Position numbers and translations under genes: made by a program. Source: Setoptus koraiensis (lineage: Eukaryota; Animalia; Arthropoda). From it: a stretch of 64,000 nt of DNA. The stretch covers positions 6,820,001-6,884,000 of the forward strand of contig CM106585.1 of the NCBI GenBank assembly GCA_048013815.1, in the 5' to 3' direction. The notes beneath the pieces are model-generated. The model had not been told where the DNA came from. It saw only the letters and a program-made list of their open reading frames with translations, and ran no database searches. Shown here piece after piece: positions 57,413 to 64,000 of this stretch (position 1 is the first letter of the stretch; every line of letters begins with the position of its first letter).

Positions 57413-59821
57413 ATGTGGCAGCAACAGCAGCTACAACAACAACAACAAAATTCCTACATGGAATCGTCTAATAATCTTTACAATTCTGCAGGTGATGCGG
57501 AACAACCAATTGAATCCGGTGATTTGATGAACGACGAAAATCAAATTCCAAATGATTGGTCTCATGGACTAGATACAAACCACCAACAACAATACCAACC
57601 AATGAATGGAATGAACAAATTCCATCAAGGTTCCATTAATGGCATCAATCATCAATCTAGCTCTGTAGCCTATGGAGTTGTCAACAAAAACCCCAACCAA
57701 AACCAGCAACAACAGCACTATCCAATGCATCAATCCTCTTTTACTGGAGATCAAGTTGATGCTATGAGCCAACAATTGTCCCAAACGACCACGCAGAGGG
57801 TCACTGCCGCCATGTATCCGGAAACTATGAACGAAGGCGTTGAGATTCCATCAACACAATATGACAGCCAGCCTACAGCAGTTCAACGACTTAGCGAACC
57901 ATCTCAGATGCTTAAGCATGCTGTCATCAATCTCATCAACTATCAAGATGACGCAGATCTTGCCACAAGGGCAATACCAGAATTAATAAAATTGTTGAAT
58001 GACGAAGATCGTGTAGTTGCAAGTCAGGCTGCTATGATAGTTCATCAACTATCCAAGAAAGAAGCCTCCAGACATGCTCTGTCTGCATCTCCACAGATTG
58101 TCAAAGCCCTTCTGCAAGTGTTGGAATACTCAGATGACCGCGAAACATCAAAATCTGCAGCCGGGGTCTTACACAACTTATCATTAAACCAGCACGGTCT
58201 TCTTGCCATTTTCAAAACAGGAGGCATCCGAGCTCTCATTCAAGCACTTAATTCACCGATAGACGCAGTAGTTTATCATGCAATAACCACCTTGCATAAT
58301 CTGTTGCTACATCAAGATGGAGCGAAAATGAATGTCAGACTCAATGGAGGATTACAAAAAATGGTTAGTCTGCTTCAGCGCAACAATCACAAGTTTTTAG
58401 CGATTCTAGCAGATTGTTTACAAATTCTAGCATATGGAAATCAAGAGGGAAAATTGATTATATTAGCAAGTGGAGGACCTGCCGAGCTCGTTAAAATATT
58501 ACATTCGTTCACTTATGAGAAATTACTTTTCACGACAGCTAGAGTGTTGAAGGTTTTATCAGTTTGCCCTAGTAATAAACCTGCAATCATTCAAGCTGAT
58601 GGCATGCAGGCCCTGTCGGTCTGTCTCAATAATCAAAGCAGACGCCTCGTACAAGAATGTCTGTGGGCTTTGAGAAATCTAAGTGTAGGTGCAACAAAAG
58701 AAGTCAACATGGAACCTCTGCTTCAGAAACTTATACAATTACTGAATGATCCAGACATTAATATTGTGACTTGCGCCGTTGGAATTCTATCAAATCTAAC
58801 TTGCAATAATCAGACAAACAAACGTTTTGTTTTCAACATAGGAGGTGTTCAAGCTTTGATTCAGACAATTCGATCGGCAAGCGATAGGGAAGAAATCACA
58901 GAACCAGCCGCATGCGCTCTTCGCCATATAACCAATAGACATCCAGATGCCGAGGCTGCTCAAAATGCAGTTAGGTTGCAAGGAGGTCTTCCAGATGTAT
59001 CAAAACTGCTCGACCCACCTGGTAGATGGCCACTGTCCACGGCGGCTGCAGGCCTCATTCGGAATCTATCTCTCAGTCCAACTAACTTGCCGATGTTACG
59101 TGATCTCGGAGTTCTACAAAAACTTTCACTTCTTTTGAGCAAAGCTTTCCAAGCTCTCCAAGAATCTCCCGAGCAATCTGCCCATTTGGCTGGCATCAAA
59201 ATGGAGCGAGTGATAGAAAGCGTTCTAAGTGCGCTCCATGCCATGGCTACTGATTTCCAGAATCGAAGCATAATTTATAGTATGAACATGATTCCAACGC
59301 TCATGTCACTTCTTTATAGCGAGCACGAGAGTATTATATTGGTAGCCTTAGATTTGATGGCAGAATTGGCTACAGATGGTGAAATAGCCTCAACACTGGA
59401 GGCTCAAGGTGCATCTCAGCCTCTTTCCAATTTGTTGAGCTCCCCTAGCGAAGCATTAAGGCAAAGAGCAGCCTTGCTTTACTCTCAACTTTCGGACGAT
59501 AAAGCACCAGAATACACTAATCGGTTGTCTAATGAGATTAATACTTTATTTCAGAGTGAAAATCCTGATGTGTCAGGAGGGCATTGGGTTCCTCAGAATC
59601 TAGATATGCCCTCTATGTTCGCTACCGAAGATCAAGGAACTTTACCCGTGCACCCCGAAGGTAGCCGACAGAATATATACTCCGCTTATGCTCCTCAAGA
59701 TCAGATGGAAGTAGCCGGTTACGGGAGAACAATTCAAAACGTTGCCCCCAAACCATTAGTCGACAACAATCAACAGCAGCCGAAGCAACCCCATGAGCCA
59801 TGGTTCGACACGGATTTGTAA
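57413..59821 (+). CDS. arm: Beta-catenin/armadillo, intronless, 802 aa, divergent
   Basis: [42 protein letters not shown], 12 Arm repeats ([28 protein letters not shown]) and C-terminal WFDTDL. Confidence 0.97.
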   Translation: MWQQQQLQQQQQNSYMESSNNLYNSAGDAEQPIESGDLMNDENQIPNDWSHGLDTNHQQQYQPMNGMNKFHQGSINGINHQSSSVAYGVVNKNPNQNQQQQHYPMHQSSFTGDQVDAMSQQLSQTTTQRVTAAMYPETMNEGVEIPSTQYDSQPTAVQRLSEPSQMLKHAVINLINYQDDADLATRAIPELIKLLNDEDRVVASQAAMIVHQLSKKEASRHALSASPQIVKALLQVLEYSDDRETSKSAAGVLHNLSLNQHGLLAIFKTGGIRALIQALNSPIDAVVYHAITTLHNLLLHQDGAKMNVRLNGGLQKMVSLLQRNNHKFLAILADCLQILAYGNQEGKLIILASGGPAELVKILHSFTYEKLLFTTARVLKVLSVCPSNKPAIIQADGMQALSVCLNNQSRRLVQECLWALRNLSVGATKEVNMEPLLQKLIQLLNDPDINIVTCAVGILSNLTCNNQTNKRFVFNIGGVQALIQTIRSASDREEITEPAACALRHITNRHPDAEAAQNAVRLQGGLPDVSKLLDPPGRWPLSTAAAGLIRNLSLSPTNLPMLRDLGVLQKLSLLLSKAFQALQESPEQSAHLAGIKMERVIESVLSALHAMATDFQNRSIIYSMNMIPTLMSLLYSEHESIILVALDLMAELATDGEIASTLEAQGASQPLSNLLSSPSEALRQRAALLYSQLSDDKAPEYTNRLSNEINTLFQSENPDVSGGHWVPQNLDMPSMFATEDQGTLPVHPEGSRQNIYSAYAPQDQMEVAGYGRTIQNVAPKPLVDNNQQQPKQPHEPWFDTDL

Positions 59822-60123
59822 AGGAAACGTTGATAGATTTAAATGATAAATTGAATCAATTGAATATAATAAATCCAACACTTAAAAGCGAACGTTCGCA
59901 AAGAATATACTGAAAACAATGATTGTAACCCATTCTAGCTCCAATCTGCTATCCTGGATTTCGAAAGGAAGTCTCTCGACCAATGTTAATGATGCATTGT
60001 AGGTTACAAGGTGTTTTTACAAGTATGTTCGAGGTGCTCGACACACATTTTTGTTTGGTTTAAGTCATTATAGGCAAAAATGAAAAGATATTATGAATAT
60101 GATGCGGATAAAACTGAAAATCT

Positions 60124-60870
60124 TCAACGATCCGAGCGTTTTCTCTTTTTTCCTGCGGCTCCCTTGGAGTACTTAGCCTCTAAGTTAGCTATCATGGAAT
60201 CGAATCCGGCTTGTGATCTACCTTGTATGAGGGCTTTAAGATCACCAATGTTTTCTTCATCTTTTGTTTCGCTAGCTTTTTTGAGTTGTCTGGCCTCTTT
60301 CTTCGCCTTACGAATTCGCTTATCACGCTTCGATTGAGGTTCGTCAACAAACTTATCAAAGGCTTCAACTTCACCGGATGCAATCATTTTCTCTATCATT
60401 TCTCGCGAAGCTTCCTCATCGAATCCGATGTGGCACTGAGAGATTTTATCCATATCGCCTTTGTATCTTATATATATAGCTTTGAGATCTTCTTGCTCCT
60501 CTTTAGAATTCTTGTAATCATTTAAAAATTTTGTGATATCATCACTTGAAACTTTTGGAAACAATAGGCGCCAATATTGTTGCCAATCTGCTTCTGAGTT
60601 GAGGCCATCCTCATTCATTATGATGCCATGATCATCGTACATCTTTCGACGTTCCTCATCAGATAGAATGAAATGTACCTGAGCAAGAATTTGAAATTTT
60701 TTAGTAAACTCTTCTTTTTTCTCGTTAGATACACGATCTGGATGTATCTTCAAAGAAAGTTTCCTGTATCCTTTCTTGATTTGCTCATTGCTAGCATCCT
60801 TTTTTACGCCTAAAACCTGATACAAATCTGACGTTCCGAAGGCTTCCTCTATATCTTGAAGAAGTGTCAT
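60124..60870 (-). CDS. DNAJC9: DnaJ homolog subfamily C member 9, 248 aa (true ATG at 60870)
   Basis: The J domain (DLYQVLGV...YRKLSLKIHPD) is followed by DNAJC9-type WQQYWRLLF, YKNSKEEQEDL and FDSMIANLEAKY. Confidence 0.93.
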   Translation of the reverse strand: MTLLQDIEEAFGTSDLYQVLGVKKDASNEQIKKGYRKLSLKIHPDRVSNEKKEEFTKKFQILAQVHFILSDEERRKMYDDHGIIMNEDGLNSEADWQQYWRLLFPKVSSDDITKFLNDYKNSKEEQEDLKAIYIRYKGDMDKISQCHIGFDEEASREMIEKMIASGEVEAFDKFVDEPQSKRDKRIRKAKKEARQLKKASETKDEENIGDLKALIQGRSQAGFDSMIANLEAKYSKGAAGKKRKRSDR

Positions 60871-61177
60871 TATGGTATAGAGATGAGTGGATTTACTCGT
60901 TGAATTTAGACGATAGTAATAGTTTGTAAGAACCAACAGATAGTTTTGATAATACAGATATTGATATATATGACCAGTCGGTAGGTTTGTAGCGGTATGG
61001 ATTTGTATTGTTTCACGAGTTGAGTTCTTTGCATGTGTGAAAGAGAATTGTGGACCGTGTGTGTCTGTTTGTTGTGACGATGGTGCCAACCTCAGCACAA
61101 TGACGCATGAGGGCGCTTTTGGTACCGAATTGAGTGTAACAGAGACAGTCAACAAATCCTTGTTGTTCACCGAATAA

Positions 61178-61185
61178 TATCGATA
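61178..61185. promoter_or_regulatory. DRE-like palindrome TATCGATA in the divergent DNAJC9/ALG14 promoter
   Basis: Exact DRE consensus between two head-to-head housekeeping genes; a second copy is at 33063..33070. Confidence 0.5.
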
Positions 61186-61342
61186 ACTCAAAAGTTTTCA
61201 CAATTATTACGTTATTACATCAGTCAAATACAATCTACATTAGTTGTGGATAAAATTTCAGAACTGAATCTCATTGTCTCGGCCAATCATCTTTAATTGT
61301 TTCAATAGTTTGTTCAGGGAATTGTGCTCAAGCAAATAAAAC

Positions 61343-61891
61343 ATGTCAAAAATAATGATTACTTTCGGTTCGGGAGGACACTCAAAGGAAATGCTTTTGT
61401 TGTTCAATTCTGTCATGTTGAGACTAGAAAAGATCCGCGACGCTGTTTGTGTTATAACTGAAGATGACACTTTGACAGAGAACAGGCTGAGAGAAACTCG
61501 AAAAATGAACGACCAAGAGGTGAAGCTCAAGATACTTCGGCATAAAAGAAGTCGTCGAGTAGGCCAATCTATGGTAGCTGCCTTTCCAGCATTCATAATT
61601 TCAATAATGCAAGCATTAGTTATTGTACTATTACACAGACCCAACATACTCTTAACCAACGGTCCAGCAATAAGTGTCGTCTTCAGCCTAGCCATTCGCC
61701 TACTACAAATAGTTACATTCGGCAATTATGGTTGCCATATTATTTATGTGGAGAGCTTTTGCCGCACCAAAACATTATCGTTAACAGGTAAAATACTTTA
61801 TCATTTGAGGTTGACTAACAGATTCCTAGTGCAATGGCCGAATTTATTAAAAGAGTACCCTCGTGCCAGTCACGAAGGTCTACTTGTGTAG
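61343..61891 (+). CDS. ALG14: UDP-N-acetylglucosamine transferase subunit ALG14
   Basis: GSGGHSKEM, RSRRVGQS, LLTNGPAISV, IIYVESFCRTKTLSLTGKIL and FLVQWPNL motifs. Confidence 0.96.
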   Translation: MSKIMITFGSGGHSKEMLLLFNSVMLRLEKIRDAVCVITEDDTLTENRLRETRKMNDQEVKLKILRHKRSRRVGQSMVAAFPAFIISIMQALVIVLLHRPNILLTNGPAISVVFSLAIRLLQIVTFGNYGCHIIYVESFCRTKTLSLTGKILYHLRLTNRFLVQWPNLLKEYPRASHEGLLV

Positions 61892-61976
61892 AGGCGGCGC
61901 ACCCAAATGCCAGCTCTAAAATAAAATGATTGATTTTAATTTTTGATGAATTTATTTGCAATTATTTCTCTAGAAT

Positions 61977-62585
61977 CTATACACTGACACCAATCAATGG
62001 GGTATCTTTTAATTCTTGTAGTTCCTCCTTGAGTTTCTCTAAAACAGAATCCTTATAATACAGCTTATCCTCGTTCTCCTTTGCGTGCCTGTTAATGTGA
62101 AATGATACACCAGGTGGTATAGTTGTGTTGATAACTTCTATCAGGATAGGTAACTTTGTGACGGTGGCCTCTTTCATTTGTAGATTCCTCCCATACATCT
62201 TGATTGTGTATGTTGAATCCTTTGCAGTGCTTCTTTCTTTGAACGTTTCTATTATCAAATCCTGGTGTGGGGTCGACCAAGCTCTGGTGACTATAAAACC
62301 CATGTTGACCATTTTCTTGTGAAGGTAGCTTTGATACCTCTCAAGAGCTACGTAGTCGTAGCCTTTGATCTCTAGGTCGAGCAGGTCGTAGAAACCAACC
62401 TGGGGTTTTAATTGTTTCAGGTAACCGGGTTCATGGAGGTCAGGTATATATCCCGAATCTTTTTTAGACTCAGAACACATGGCTCTGATTATGGTGCATG
62501 ATTTATGAATCCTCGGCTGGCTGTTGAATGTGCTCACTTTTGTGAACAAAGTGTTGGATAGTATTTTTCTAATTGTTTGAGCCAT
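61977..62585 (-). CDS. MRPL48: Mitochondrial ribosomal protein L48 (S10-like domain)
   Basis: Transit-peptide-like N-terminus, HEPGYL..LKP, KGYDYVALERYQSYLH and PPGV. Confidence 0.85.
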   Translation of the reverse strand: MAQTIRKILSNTLFTKVSTFNSQPRIHKSCTIIRAMCSESKKDSGYIPDLHEPGYLKQLKPQVGFYDLLDLEIKGYDYVALERYQSYLHKKMVNMGFIVTRAWSTPHQDLIIETFKERSTAKDSTYTIKMYGRNLQMKEATVTKLPILIEVINTTIPPGVSFHINRHAKENEDKLYYKDSVLEKLKEELQELKDTPLIGVSV

Positions 62586-63083
62586 TGACTTAGATCACAG
62601 TTATTATGTTGATAAATATAAATATGGCTTGATGTTACAATTCCTCTAATGTTTGGTAAAGATCCAATCGAAAAGAAACTCGGTGCAATATACCTGTCAA
62701 CATGTGACAAACCGCATGCACTAAATCTAATGTGATACGCGCGTGTTTTGAAGGGGCGCTCAGTTACGGACGTTCAATTACCATGTGAGAAGAAAAAAAA
62801 AGAAGAAACGTAACACCGAGACATCTTAAGCATTTTGATGCATTTTTGGGTTGCTGCAAGCGCCCTCGCGTCTTTTTCTTAAACTGCATCCAGAAGTACT
62901 GGCAAATCTACACACGGTACGAGGCTAAGACTTATAAGATTCGTCGAATAAATATTGATTTAAACTTTATGCTGTTTGTGTGGAATTGATAACGATACAA
63001 AGAAGTTACTGTTATTATCTATTCATTCTGTTTTATTGAGCTTAGCGACCCTCTCACAATTTGTTACTACCCGGTTGCTAGAA

Positions 63084-63836
63084 TCAATCTTCTTCCATAT
63101 CTTCTTCAGACTCTTCCTCGAAATCATCTTCAGACATTTCTTCCATATTGTCTCCAGACTCTTCTTCTGAGTCCTCTCCACTTCCATCCACTGTCGCCTC
63201 TTTGATCGGCTTTTTTGGCGTTTTATTCTTAAACGCCCAAATAACTTTCCCGTGAAAACTCGAGGACAGCATGAGCAGAGGCTGGAGTACCATTCTTGGG
63301 CCGATCTCTTCCAATTTTGATAGATCTGATTGATCTAAGATTTGATAATTCCTAAACCAAATGTGTTCATCCATGTAGCTGAAAGTGACAACTCTATCCA
63401 CGAAGGGCTGACTCTTAGGATGCTTGTATGGTACGTTAAATATCTGGAGAAACAGTTCTTTCACAAGTTTTAGATGGGGAACTTTATCGAAACTCTCGTC
63501 AAAGGTTAGAATTGGCCGAGATCCTTTGAGACTATTACCAGCGAATTTAATATCGGACATTGTATGCACTCCTTGAACAAGAAATTTGATAGATGGCCCA
63601 CCGTTCACATTTGAGGCCCACATGTACAATATTTTGCCTTTTCTGTTTTCAAAGTAGACACATTTGTCGCATTTATCCATAACACATATTTCGTTTAGAG
63701 CAGTAAGGGAGTCCTTCTTGTCGAACTTGCATTCTTTTTTGGAATGAGGTATTATCTGTCTAATATCCTGAGTTAGATGTCTATCTTGATGATTGACTCC
63801 GCGAGAGCACAGAACCAGTACGCGTGTTTTAGGCAT
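63084..63836 (-). CDS. BRIX1: Ribosome biogenesis protein BRX1 (Brix domain); may have an upstream exon
   Basis: RVLVLCSRG, RHL..DI..IIPHSKKECK, YFENRK, GPSIKFLV, KGSRPILTF, HIWFRNYQI and EIGPR. An AG acceptor-like site lies 4 nt before the ATG. Confidence 0.96.
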   Translation of the reverse strand: MPKTRVLVLCSRGVNHQDRHLTQDIRQIIPHSKKECKFDKKDSLTALNEICVMDKCDKCVYFENRKGKILYMWASNVNGGPSIKFLVQGVHTMSDIKFAGNSLKGSRPILTFDESFDKVPHLKLVKELFLQIFNVPYKHPKSQPFVDRVVTFSYMDEHIWFRNYQILDQSDLSKLEEIGPRMVLQPLLMLSSSFHGKVIWAFKNKTPKKPIKEATVDGSGEDSEEESGDNMEEMSEDDFEEESEEDMEED

Positions 63837-64000
63837 TGTTCTATATAGAAATATGTTGACATCTGATGTGTATAATCAATTAAAAATTTTGGTAGGAATT
63901 TGAGATATTCAGCATCATACAATGGCTTGTAGAGAAAATTTCTAACTATTCGACTAGCATTACTACGAGTACTAGCCCACGTGCTCATGTTTGGATATAA

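Noticed and set aside
60871-61191. 107-aa N-terminal extension of DNAJC9 in the ORF track
   Set aside because: Homology starts at MTLLQDIEE (ATG 60870). The extension spans the divergent promoter containing a DRE.

Overview
Eukaryotic, intron-poor arthropod genomic DNA. The gene set and compaction suggest an acariform, possibly eriophyoid, mite; this is inference. No prokaryotic features, CRISPR array, rRNA, tRNA or intact transposase were recognised. About 20 genes are supported: a 5'-truncated non-classical cadherin, fatty acyl-CoA reductase, a short TMEM131, two orphan secreted proteins, a ~1100-aa chitin-binding (CBM14) protein, an SLC35G/EamA transporter, a DGAT2/MOGAT acyltransferase, a lone pb/Hox3-like homeobox gene, sedoheptulokinase, a degenerate mutarotase-like gene, condensin CAP-D2, anillin, SLC18B1, a gustatory-receptor-like gene with a deleted tandem copy, beta-catenin/armadillo, DNAJC9, ALG14, MRPL48 and BRIX1. 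AT-rich, tightly packed, mostly intronless blocks (1-6.5 kb, 39-64 kb) alternate with GC-, microsatellite- and palindrome-rich blocks (about 7.5-16 kb and 20-31 kb). The most notable observations are: a beta-catenin whose DSGxxS degron is replaced in situ; a TMEM131 apparently missing most of its lumenal region; an isolated mosaic pb/Hox3 homeobox; a cluster of long perfect palindromes beside an orphan secreted-protein gene; and a secreted protein with an NLS-like basic tail. All family assignments are from motif recognition, without database searches.
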